From Chloroflexota bacterium (GTDB lineage Bacteria > Chloroflexota > Dehalococcoidia > UBA2979), in NCBI GenBank assembly GCA_016866055.1, contig VGNK01000001.1:1-46024 (forward strand): a DNA stretch of 46,024 bases, given 5' to 3'. A program made the translations under genes and the position numbers. The notes under the pieces were generated by a model. The model was not told the DNA's origin, did no database searches, and saw only the letters and a program-made list of their open reading frames with translations. Shown piece by piece: positions 8,057-16,756 of this stretch (positions are counted from its first letter, which is position 1; the number at the start of each line of letters is the position of its first letter).

Positions 8057-9420
8057 GTGGGCACCACCACGGATGTCACGGCACTCGCGATGCTCGGCAT
8101 GATCCACTCGCTGCCGGGGGGCCGCGCAGCGCAGCCGGCCACCACCCAGGCGGCGCTCGATGCCGGGACCGCGTGCCTGCTCGCGCACGTGATCTCGTTC
8201 GGTCCCGCTGCAGGGACGATCGACGACGGTGTGTTCTTCCTGAGCACCTACAACACGCCGATCGCCATATGGGCGCTCAGCGAGGTGCCGAGCACCGCCG
8301 CCGTCGCCGCGGCGATCGCCGGCGGTCGCGGGTGGCTGCTCGCGAATCAGCGCGACGATGGGACCGGGCGGCCGGATCTCGGCGGGCACATCAACAACGG
8401 CAGCGGGTACTACGAGGGCGGGACGCTCGCGCTGTTCACGGAGCACTCGAACTCGAGCTTCGCCCTGCAGGGACTCGCGGTGACCGGCGGCATCCCGCCG
8501 ACCGAGGCCAGCCTCGCGCAGGGCTACTGGACGTGCCTGCAGAACCGGGCCCCGGTATGCGGCGCGCTCGACATGTCGACCGGCATCGACGACGGATCCA
8601 TCTACTCGCAGCCGTTCGACAAAGGCGGGACGCAGAATTCGGCGACGGGCTCGGGGAGCTTCGCGCTCGGACTGACGGGGCTCTCCGGGACGGCCCGCGG
8701 ATCGCTGCGGCGCGCGCCTTCCTGGACATGTCGCTCAGCGTCATGCCCTGCGAGAACCAGACGCGCACGGGGGTCCTCCTCCCGCTCGACGGCACGGGCT
8801 GGTTCCCCACGGGGACGCTCACGCACTACGTCTACTGGGCGAACCTCAAGGCGCACGAGCTCGCCGGCGTCGCGAGCAACGTGAACGACCCCGGCAACTG
8901 GTTCTACAAGCTGGCGAATTGCCTGATCCACGAGCAGGCTCCGGACGGGCACGTTCCCGCCTCGGGCCGCGAGGACGACATCCTCGCGACCGCGTTCGCC
9001 CTGCTGACGCTGGAGCAGGTCACCCCGGAGCCGCCCCCGCCTCCGGAGGTCGAAGGCCGGATGACCGGCGGCGGCGGCGTGCTCACGACGGCCGGGGTGC
9101 GTGTCACCCACGGCTTCGAGCTGCACTGCGATGCCGTGAAGCCCCCGAACAACCTCCAGGTCAACTGGGCAAGGGAAACCGGTTCCACCTCGAGTCGCTG
9201 ACCTCGGCGTCCTGCACGGACGACCCGGCGATCGCGCCGAACCCGCCGTCGCCGCGAAGTGGAAGTTCACCGACGTCGGAGAGCCCGGGAAGAACGACAC
9301 GGCGAAGATCAGCATCACGGGCGATTGCACGCTGGACGTCTCGGGCAACCTGCAGAACGCCAACCATCAGGCGCACAAGAAGAGTAGGTCGCGCGAGGCC
9401 GCGCTCGCCGACCTCCACTG
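8057..9420 (+). pseudogene. decayed gene for a secreted prenyltransferase/squalene-oxidase-repeat-like protein
   Basis: Coding signal continues through four frame segments. (1) 8057-~8689: 'TALAMLGMIH', 'WLLANQRDDGT', 'FALQGLAVTGG'. (2) ~8690-9168: 'PRIAAARAFLDMS...LATAFALLTLEQV...PEPPPPPE...GFELHCDAVKPPNNLQVNW'. (3) 9168-~9250: 'GKGNRFHLESLTSASCTDDPAIAPNPPS'. (4) ~9251-9420: 'KWKFTDVGEPGKNDTAKISITGDCTLDVSGNLQNANHQAHKK'. The breaks at 8687-8689 and 9166-9169 sit in G runs. No signal peptide is present; there is an in-frame stop at 7958-7960. Confidence 0.7.
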
Positions 9421-9422
9421 AC

Positions 9423-9454
9423 GGGTGCGGGGTCTCCTCCGGGGCCCCGCACCC
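9423..9454 (+). terminator. 10-bp perfect GC hairpin (GGGTGCGGGG-n12-CCCCGCACCC) 3 nt after the stop
   Basis: Read directly. No T tract follows. Confidence 0.35.
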
Positions 9455-9581
9455 CCGCCGGTCCACCTGCTCCCTCAGATCGCGGCGGTCGGTGCCGCGC
9501 GCGCGCCGGTGAAGACACCCACTCCGGGGGTCCCCTACGCTGCGATCGCGCCGCAGGCACACGGGCGGAGGGAGCCGCGCG

Positions 9582-10562
9582 ATGGCCCTGGTCAACACGC
9601 TCGCAGGGCCGGTCGACTCCGCGCAGCTCGGTCCCGTGCTCTCGCACGAGCACGTCGTGAGCGGGATGGGAGGGATGGAGCGCGTGCCCGGGCTCTTCGA
9701 CCCGGCCGCCGCCGAGCGGCGCGCGCTGGAGGCGCTCGCGCGCGCGCACGAGGCGGGCTACCGCACCCTCATCGACTGCACGCCGCTCGACCTCGGCCGG
9801 CAGGTGGCGATCTTCGAGCGGCTCGCCGGGCGCACGCCCATGCAGATCGTCGCGTGCACCGGGGTCTACCGCTGGGTGCCGCTCTCGTTCCACTCATGGG
9901 ATCCCGACACCTTCGCCGAGTACCTGCTGCGCGACCTGCAGGAGGGGATGGACGGTACCGAGATCCGCGCGGGGATCATCAAGCTCGCGTGGGATGTCGA
10001 GGCGCGGCTGACGGAGGGCGGGGCGTTCTCGGTGCGCGCGCAGCTCGAGAAGTGCGCGCGCGGCGCGGCGCGCGCGGCGAAGGCCGCCGGCGTGCCGATC
10101 ACCTGCCACACGCTCGCCGCCGACCGTTACGGCGAGCCGCTGCTCGACCTCTTCGCCGAGGAGGGGCTCGACCTGCGCGCGGTCACGATCGGCCACACGA
10201 ACGACAGCCGCGACATCGACTACGTGCTCGGCCTCGCGCGGCGCGGCGCCACCGTCGGGCTCGACCGCTTCGCGCGCGTTGACGATGCCGAGGTGGAGCG
10301 GCGCTCCGCGATCGCGCTCGCGCTGATCCGCGCGGGGTTTGCGGAGCAGACGTGTCTCGGCCACGACGCAGCGGCGTACTCGATCAACCGCGGGCCGGCG
10401 ACGGGCGGGCCGCGGCCCGAGGACCCGGAGTGCTGGCTGAAGATCCCGACGCTACAGGTACCGTGGCTGCGCGTGCACGGCGCGAGCGAGGACGAGATCG
10501 ACGCGCTCATGCGCCGCTCCGTGCGCGCGACGTTCGAGGCGGCGGCGGCGATGCGGGGCTAG
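9582..10562 (+). CDS. phosphotriesterase-family (PTER/PHP-type amidohydrolase) protein
   Basis: ATG with GGAGGGAG SD. 'SHEHV' (HxH), 'GIIKLAW' (carbamylated-Lys position), 'ITCHT', 'IGHTND', 'LGHDAA' reproduce the binuclear-metal ligand order. 326 aa. Confidence 0.85.
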   Translation: MALVNTLAGPVDSAQLGPVLSHEHVVSGMGGMERVPGLFDPAAAERRALEALARAHEAGYRTLIDCTPLDLGRQVAIFERLAGRTPMQIVACTGVYRWVPLSFHSWDPDTFAEYLLRDLQEGMDGTEIRAGIIKLAWDVEARLTEGGAFSVRAQLEKCARGAARAAKAAGVPITCHTLAADRYGEPLLDLFAEEGLDLRAVTIGHTNDSRDIDYVLGLARRGATVGLDRFARVDDAEVERRSAIALALIRAGFAEQTCLGHDAAAYSINRGPATGGPRPEDPECWLKIPTLQVPWLRVHGASEDEIDALMRRSVRATFEAAAAMRG

Positions 10563-10619
10563 GACGCGCCGGGGCCCGTCGACGCGCGGCGCGCTACCGG
10601 CGCGCGCCCGACCCGAGCG

Positions 10620-11781
10620 TCAGTCCACGACCGCCGTCACGCTCAGGTTCGGCGGGAGCGTTCCGGGCAGCCGCTGCCACGAGTCCCCGCCGTTCGCGCT
10701 CGCGAACACCTGGCCGTTGCTCGTGCCGACGTAGACGCCCTCTGGGTCGAGCCCGTCGGTGTGCAGCCCCTCGCGGTAGACGCTCTGGTAGTCGTCCGGC
10801 CCGGGCAGCCCCTTCGTGAGTTGCTGCCACGACTCCCCCGCGTCGACTGAGCGGTAGACGGCGAACTGTCCGGCGCAGACACGGAAGTTCTCGCGCTCGA
10901 ACTCGAGGGGCACCACCCACACCGCGCGCGAGCCGCCGCGCGCGACGCCGATCGGGAAGCCGTGGAACGAGGGGAGCCCCTCCCTCGGTCACGTCGTGCC
11001 AGTGCCCGCCGCGATCGTCGGAGCGGAAGACGCCGATGTGTGCCTGCCCCCAGAGCCGGTCGGGATCGGTCGGGTCGATGCGCAGCTTGTGCATCTCGTC
11101 GACGGCCGCCGGGTCGACACCGGGGGGGGGGAGCTCCGGCTGCTGCGGTGCGAACGACGCCGCCCACTCGAGGAACTTCTTCGCGTCGGGCGTCGTGGCG
11201 ACGACGCCGTGCGAGCAGAGCGACCAGTTCATCCCGCCGTCCTCGCTGCGGTAGGAGCCGCCGCTGCTGATCGAGATGTAGAGCCGCCCCGGCTCTCGCG
11301 GGTCCTGCTCGATGGAGTGCAGCGAGGAGTCGCCGCTCCCCGTGCCGCCCCAGATGCGCCGCCACTCGTGGCGATTCACGGAGTCGACCGCCGACCAGGA
11401 CTCCCCGCCGTCTTCGCTCCGGAAGAGCCCCGCGGGTTGCGTCCCGGCGAGCACGACCGCCGGCTGCGAGGCGTCGAGCAGCCGCACCTGCCAGACCGCG
11501 CCCACCGAGATCCCCATGTCGGGATCGAACGCGAGGCCGGGGCTGCGCTGCTCCCACGTGGCGCCGTCGTCGTCGCTGCGCGAGACGGAGGGCCCCCACG
11601 CCCAGCGCGCCGCGCCCGCGAAGAGCCGCGTCGGCGAGCGGCGCGAGTCGGCGGCCATGTGCGAGACCGTCCAGCCGGCCATCACCGGCTCGGAGACCGT
11701 CCACGGCGCGCGGCGCGCGTCGGACGTGTAGATCCACGCGCCCTTCCTGGTCCCGACGAGGACCCGTACGCGATCCGCCAT
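10620..11781 (-). pseudogene. BNR/Asp-box repeat protein with one frameshift
   Basis: Asp-box-like repeats SDDDGATW, SEDGGESW, SEDGGMNW, SDDRGGHW, then SVDAGESW and SANGGDSW. The frame switches between '...HWHDVTEG' (ORF 10594..11781 frame) and 'LPSFHGFPIGVARGGSRAVWVVPLEFE...' (ORF 10620..10922 frame) at the C4 run 10977-10980. Confidence 0.75.
11122..11131. repeat. G10 (C10 on the coding strand) homopolymer inside the BNR gene
   Basis: Counted directly; encodes 'ELPPPG'. It is the longest homopolymer I saw in the window. Confidence 0.95.
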
Positions 11782-11843
11782 CTGCGTGCCCCCCAGCTTG
11801 CCGAACGGCCGGCTCGACAGGCATGGAAGGTAGTGCTACCCGC

Positions 11844-11873
11844 GTGACCAGTTATATCCCGTTCACTGGTGAC
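11844..11873. promoter_or_regulatory. inverted repeat GTGACCAGT-n12-ACTGGTGAC (one mismatch) around an AT-rich core
   Basis: Read directly in the 183-nt divergent spacer between the BNR gene and the LLM gene. The spacer 'TATATCCCGTTC' contains a -10-like TATAT. Confidence 0.25.
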
Positions 11874-11964
11874 GGCAGCGCGGACGTGAGCGGGAGCGGG
11901 CGCTATCTTCCACCGACCTCGCGCCTGGGAGGCGGCGGCGCGGGCCGATGATGGGAGAGCGGCG

Positions 11965-12933
11965 TTGGCGCAGATCTTCGACGGGCAGATCCGGTTCGGC
12001 ATCCACTCGGGCCCGCAGCACACGACGTTCGCGGAGTACCTCGAGCTCTGGCGCGCGACCGAGGACCTCGGGCTCGACTGGGCCTCGGTCTTCGATCACT
12101 TCCTCCCGATCCAGACGGACCCGGAGGGACCGTGCTTCGAGGGGCTCACGCTGCTCTCCGCGATGGCGGCGCACACGTCACGCATCCGCTGCGGGATCCT
12201 CGTGGTGGGTAACACGTACCGGAACCCCGCGGTGCTTGCGAACATCGCGACGACGATCGATCACGTCTCGGGCGGCCGCCTCGAGCTCGGCGTGGGCGCC
12301 GGCTGGTACGAGATGGAGCACGAGGAATACGGGATCCCGTTTCACACCGTGGGGCGGCGCATCCGCATGCTCGGCGAGAGCGCGCAGATCCTGCGCAGCC
12401 TCTGGACCGAACACCGCACGACGTTCGAGGGCCGCTACTACCACATGGAAGACGCGCTCTGCGAGCCGAAGCCGCTTCAGGAGCCGCAGATCCCGCTCTG
12501 GATCGGCGGCGCGGGCGAGCGACTCACGCTGCGCGTGGCGGCGGAGTCCGCCGACGGCTGGAACACCTTTTTCGTCCCGCTCGAGGAGTACCGCCACAAG
12601 CTCGACGCGCTCGTTGCTCACTGCCGCGTCGTCGGGCGCGACCCCGGAGAGATCCGCAAGTCGCTCGTGGTGCAGGCCATGATCCGCACGAGCGCGGCTG
12701 AGGTGGATGCGGGGCTCGAGCGGCTTGCGCGTGAGCGTAACGCGACGGTCGAGGCGATCCGCTCGCGCGGCGTGTACGGCACGCCCGCGGACTGCGTCGA
12801 GCAGCTGTTGCCGTACGTCGAGGCCGGGGTGGGGGACTTCATCCTCGGCGTGCGGCTGCCCGCGGACATGCAGACGCTCGAACTGCTCGCCACGAAGGTG
12901 GCGCCGGCGGTGCGAGAGCGGGCGGCGCGGTAG
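11965..12933 (+). CDS. luciferase-like (LLM class, probably F420-dependent) oxidoreductase
   Basis: TTG start with GGGAGAG SD. 'IRFGIHSGPQHTTF', 'GGRLELGVGAGW', 'IPLWIGGAGE'. 322 aa. Confidence 0.85.
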   Translation: MAQIFDGQIRFGIHSGPQHTTFAEYLELWRATEDLGLDWASVFDHFLPIQTDPEGPCFEGLTLLSAMAAHTSRIRCGILVVGNTYRNPAVLANIATTIDHVSGGRLELGVGAGWYEMEHEEYGIPFHTVGRRIRMLGESAQILRSLWTEHRTTFEGRYYHMEDALCEPKPLQEPQIPLWIGGAGERLTLRVAAESADGWNTFFVPLEEYRHKLDALVAHCRVVGRDPGEIRKSLVVQAMIRTSAAEVDAGLERLARERNATVEAIRSRGVYGTPADCVEQLLPYVEAGVGDFILGVRLPADMQTLELLATKVAPAVRERAAR

Positions 12934-13019
12934 GGGGCGCCGGCCCGAGACCCGCCATCACGATGCGGCCGCGGCGGACGCGGGTCCCCCCGGCCGAGAC
13001 CCCCGCCAGGGAGGGCCCC

Positions 13020-13700
13020 ATGGAGCTCTACGACGCTATGCGCACGACGCCCGCGACGCGCGCGTTCACGGACGAGGCCGTGCCGGACGCCGTGCTCTAC
13101 CGCATGCTCGACCACGCGCGCTTCGCGCCGAGCGGCGGCAACCGCCAGGGGTGGCGGGTGATCGTCGTCAAGGATCCCGCGACGCGTCGCGCGCTGCGCG
13201 ACTTGTACGCGCTTGGGTGGCGCGAGTACATGGCGCACGTCCGCCGCCGTCTCGTCGCCTTCGCGCCGATCGACGACGGTCGCTGGTCTGGCCCGGCGAT
13301 CGACCTCGCGCAGGCGCGCACGGAGCCCGCGCCGAACGACTTCGGCGATCACCTCGACACGGTGCCGGTGATGCTCGTCATCTGCGCTGAGCTCCGCGTG
13401 CTCGCGGTGACCGACAACGGGCTCGACCGCCAGAGCATCGTGGGCGGCGGGTCGATCTACCCGTTCGCACACAACCTCCTGCTCGCCGCCCGCAACGAGG
13501 GGCTGGGTGGCGTGCTGACGACGGTGCTCTGCCGTGAGGAACCGGCCGCGAAGGCGCTGCTCGGGATCCCGACGGGCTACGCGATCGCGGGGCTGCTCGC
13601 GATCGGTCACCCGGCGCAGGAGATCCGCAGGCTGCGACGCGGGCCCGTCGGCGGGTTCGCGTGGGTCGACCGCTTCGCGGGTGAACCGTTCACTGCCTAG
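13020..13700 (+). CDS. nitroreductase-family protein
   Basis: Internal ATG at 13020 with GGGAGGG SD is preferred over the GTG at 12963. 'MELYDAMRTTPATRAFTDEAVPD...ARFAPSGGNRQGWR'. 226 aa. Confidence 0.8.
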   Translation: MELYDAMRTTPATRAFTDEAVPDAVLYRMLDHARFAPSGGNRQGWRVIVVKDPATRRALRDLYALGWREYMAHVRRRLVAFAPIDDGRWSGPAIDLAQARTEPAPNDFGDHLDTVPVMLVICAELRVLAVTDNGLDRQSIVGGGSIYPFAHNLLLAARNEGLGGVLTTVLCREEPAAKALLGIPTGYAIAGLLAIGHPAQEIRRLRRGPVGGFAWVDRFAGEPFTA

Positions 13701-14241
13701 ACGGGCGTGAGTTGCTCGCGCGGCGCAGATTGGCGATCGCGGCGCTCACGTCCTCGTCCTCGACGATCTCGGCGCCGCGCGCCACGCGTAGCGCCTGCGC
13801 GCGCTTGGAGATCGCCGCCTGCAACATGCCCGCAGGCGGCGGTGTGTTCCATGCGAGCAGCTCGATCGTCACCCCGCTGGGGTCCTTGAAGTAGATCGAG
13901 CGCTCGTAGCCGGGCTCCGCCGCCTCGTACTCCACGCCCGCGCTACGCAATCGCGCCGTCGCCTCGTCCAGCGACTCCGGCTCGACGTCGATCGCGAGGT
14001 GATCCATGTGGCCGGAGCCGGCGGCGGCCTGCGGGTACTCGGCCGACGCCTCGTCGCGTGGGAGGAAGTACGCGATGAACGTGTCGTGCCCGGCGTGGAA
14101 GAGCAGGTGGTCCTCCGGGGCGTAGTCGAGGTTCGGCTGCCGGAGCACGAGTTCCACGCCGAGCAGCTCCGTGTAGAAGCCGATCGTCGCGGCGGTGTGC
14201 GCCCCGGAGATGCCGGGATGCGAGATGCGGAGCGTCCTCAA
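13690..14241 (-). CDS. VOC/glyoxalase-family protein
   Basis: TTG at 14241 with AGGGAG SD is preferred over the upstream Arg-rich extension. 'LRISHPGISGAHTAATIGFYTELLG', 'GHMDHLAIDV', 'SIYFKDPSGVTIEL'. Overlaps the convergent nitroreductase end by 11 nt. Confidence 0.7.
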   Translation of the reverse strand: MRTLRISHPGISGAHTAATIGFYTELLGVELVLRQPNLDYAPEDHLLFHAGHDTFIAYFLPRDEASAEYPQAAAGSGHMDHLAIDVEPESLDEATARLRSAGVEYEAAEPGYERSIYFKDPSGVTIELLAWNTPPPAGMLQAAISKRAQALRVARGAEIVEDEDVSAAIANLRRASNSRPSRQ

Positions 14242-14532
14242 CCGGCGTCTCCCTCGGCGCGCGACGGACCCGGGAGGGGCAAGTGCATCCCTCCCGAGGT
14301 GCGCGACCGCGACGGTCCGAACGGTTCGTCCGCATCGCACGTGTGATCACGGGCGCCCGCGTGAGCGCCAGCGCGCGATCGAGCGGCGCTCGGCCCGTCA
14401 CGGCGCATCCGTCGCTGCAAACGCCTTTCGACGCTCGACAGCCGACATTGCGGTCGTGCTCAACCCGCGTGCCGGCGATGACCGAGGCATCCCACCCGGC
14501 GAGCGACAGCCACACCTGACAACTACTCGGAC

Positions 14533-15260
14533 ATGACCGGCAGCACGCTGACCGCGCCGCCTTCTGCGGGCACCTGGACGATCGTGCACGACAGCGGCAC
14601 GGCCGGCGCCGAATGGGGACTCGTCTCGTGGAACGCCTTCACGCCGGGGGACTCGAGCATCACGGTCACCGCGGCGAGCAGCACGGACTCCACGTGCACC
14701 GTGTTCAACGCGGCACGGCCGGTGACGAACAACGTGGATCTCACAGTGGCGGACGGGAAGCGCCTGAAGGTCGTCGTGAGCTTCGCGCGCGCGATGACCG
14801 GCGAGTCGCCGTCCTGTTCGACCTGACGATCACCGCGTTCCTCAACGACCCGCCGTCGTGTGACGGCGCGGCCCCGAGCGTCGGTCTGATCTGGCCGCCG
14901 AACCACAAGTTCGTCCCGATCACGATCCAGGGCCTGACGGATCCGGATGGCGACCCGCTCACCGTGACGATCGACTCGATCTTCCAGGACGAGCCGCTCA
15001 ACACGCTGGGCGACGGGTCGACGGAGATCGACGGCAAGCGGGTCGGCACCGACACCGCGGAGGTGCGCGCGGAGCGCTCCGGGGACAAGAAGGTGCCTTG
15101 GAACGGCCGCGTCTACCACATCGCGTTCACGGCCGACGACGGGCAGGGCGGCACGTGTAGCGGCGTGGTGGAGGTGGGCGTCCCGCACGACCAGGGCAAG
15201 GGTGCGGTCCCGGTCGACGACGGACCGCTACGACTCCACGGGGCCGTAGCGGGCCCGTGA
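14533..15260 (+). pseudogene. C-terminal remnant of a large extracytoplasmic protein, frameshifted
   Basis: 14533-~14808 reads 'GTWTIVHDSGTAGAEWGLVSWNAFTPGDSSITVTAAS...GKRLKVVVSFARAMTGESP'. The frame then shifts near 14805-14810 to 'VLFDLTITAFLNDPPSCDG...IWPPNHKFVPITIQGLTDPDGDPLTVTIDSIFQDEP...VRAERSG...GRVYHIAFTADDGQGG...VGVPHDQG'. No N-terminal part or signal peptide lies upstream. Confidence 0.65.
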
Positions 15261-15297
15261 CGATACGCTGCCCCGGCCTCGGAGACGGCCGGGAGGG

Positions 15298-15323
15298 GGA
15301 CGGCGCCCGCGCGGGCGCCGTCC
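15298..15323 (+). terminator. 12-bp-arm GC palindrome followed by TTCGTT
   Basis: GGACGGCGCCCG-cg-CGGGCGCCGTCC read directly, in the convergent spacer. A second 7-bp hairpin lies at 15272-15293. Confidence 0.45.
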
Positions 15324-15372
15324 TTCGTTGCGCTGGTCCACTCGAGCGCGATCGCGCGGGCGGGCTCGGTGG

Positions 15373-16569
15373 TCAGGGCGAAGGCTCGAGCCCTCCGAAA
15401 CGCGGCATCACCCTGGTAGCGAAGAGGTCGAGCGAGCGCAGGATCATCTCGTGCGGGACGAGCCCGTTGTACTGCCACGCGAAGATCCACTGCACCGGTA
15501 GCCGCGCGCGCAGCGTCTCCATCTGGCGCGTGACGGTCTCGGGCGTGCCGACGAGGACGAGCCCGAGCTCCATCATCTCCTCCGGCGTGAGGCGCTCCTC
15601 GGTGCCCGGCTTCACGAGCACGTCGCCGAAGTGGAACGGCGCGAACCACGCCGCCCCGCAGAACGCCGCGCCGTGCCGCCACGCGCGGTACGCCTCGGCG
15701 TCCGAGTCCGCCACGATCACGTCGCGCAGCACGCCGAGCCCCTCGCCCGGCGCGAGCGTGCGGCCGGCGGCCTGTGCCTCCTCGGCGTAGACCTCGAAGA
15801 GGCGCTCCTCGAGCGAGGGGTGCATTGGCGGAAGGATCGCGGTCACGCCCTCGCGCGCGCACCAGCGGATCGTGCGCTCGCTCGAGGCGAACGGCTGGAA
15901 GATTGGCGGGTGCGGTCGCTGCAGCGGCTTCGGCACGACGCCCACCTGCGTCACGACGCCGTCGCGCACGCCGCCGCCCCAGTTCGCGGTCGCCTCGAGC
16001 TCCCAGGGCGTGCCCGCCGGCGGGATCTGCCAGTACCTGCCCCGGTACTCGAGGAGCCCGTCCGCCCACGCCGCCTTCACGATGCGGAAGTGCTCCTCGA
16101 ACGCCTCGCGGTTCGCCTGGTCGATTGCGTCGTGCTGGCCGGGCGTCGCGCCGTGGATGCCGTGGAGGTGCTGCGCCATCGTGTCGACCCAGCGTCGCTG
16201 ATAGCCGCGCGCGAAGCCGGCGTGCGCCCGCCCGCCCGTCATGTGGTCGAGCATCGCGATGTCCTCGGCGACGCGGATCGGGTTCTGCGCGGGGAGCACG
16301 ACGCCGAGCTGGCCGACCCTGATGCGCTCGGTCTGCAGGCCCACGTAGAGGTCGAGCAGCACGGGATTGTTCGAGAGCTCGAAGCCCTCGACGTGGAAGT
16401 GGTGTTCGGTGAACGCGATCGAGGCGTAGCCGAGGCGGTCGGCCGCCTGCGCCTGCTCGGTGAGCTCGCGCAGCATGCGCTGGTAGAGATCGGGGCGCAG
16501 CCCGGCCATGCCGGCCTCGATCTCCTCGCGCGATCCGATCGACGGCAGGTAGAAGACGCTCGTCCGCAT
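15373..16569 (-). CDS. luciferase-like (LLM class) flavin-dependent oxidoreductase
   Basis: ATG with GGAGGGAG SD. 'SIAFTEHHFHVEGFELSNNP', 'VGQLGVVLP', 'MLDHMTGGRAHAGFARG'. 398 aa. Confidence 0.85.
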   Translation of the reverse strand: MRTSVFYLPSIGSREEIEAGMAGLRPDLYQRMLRELTEQAQAADRLGYASIAFTEHHFHVEGFELSNNPVLLDLYVGLQTERIRVGQLGVVLPAQNPIRVAEDIAMLDHMTGGRAHAGFARGYQRRWVDTMAQHLHGIHGATPGQHDAIDQANREAFEEHFRIVKAAWADGLLEYRGRYWQIPPAGTPWELEATANWGGGVRDGVVTQVGVVPKPLQRPHPPIFQPFASSERTIRWCAREGVTAILPPMHPSLEERLFEVYAEEAQAAGRTLAPGEGLGVLRDVIVADSDAEAYRAWRHGAAFCGAAWFAPFHFGDVLVKPGTEERLTPEEMMELGLVLVGTPETVTRQMETLRARLPVQWIFAWQYNGLVPHEMILRSLDLFATRVMPRFGGLEPSP

Positions 16570-16613
16570 CGTGCACTCCCTCCGCGCGGCGCGGCGCGCG
16601 CCGTCACTCTAAG

Positions 16614-16754
16614 GGGAGCGCTCCCATCCGTTCGCCCTGAGCTCGTCGCAGGCCGCCCCGCGGTGAACGCGGGGTGGGTGAGGCCGAGGGCGCCCTTCGA
16701 CAGGCTCAGGGCGAACGGGGACGGGGAAGCGGCTCAGGGCGAACGGAAGCGGGG
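16614..16754. repeat. nested-palindrome intergenic repeat element (REP/MITE-like)
   Basis: Components read directly: GGGAGCGCTCCC palindrome (16614-16625); a 15-nt arm CCGTTCGCCCTGAGC (16628-16642) whose exact reverse complement GCTCAGGGCGAACGG occurs at 16704-16718 and again at 16732-16746; an inner 7-bp hairpin CCCCGCG-gtgaa-CGCGGGG (16656-16674); and a roughly 28-nt tandem unit starting at 16703 and 16731. Confidence 0.85.
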
Positions 16755-16756
16755 CC

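Noticed and set aside
10588-10606. Hairpin between the convergent phosphotriesterase-like and BNR genes
   Set aside because: On re-reading, only a 6-bp stem pairs cleanly, which is too weak to call.
16703-16754. Possible CRISPR-like repeat
   Set aside because: There are only two tandem units of about 28 nt with no intervening unique spacers and no cas genes. It is part of the palindromic repeat element.
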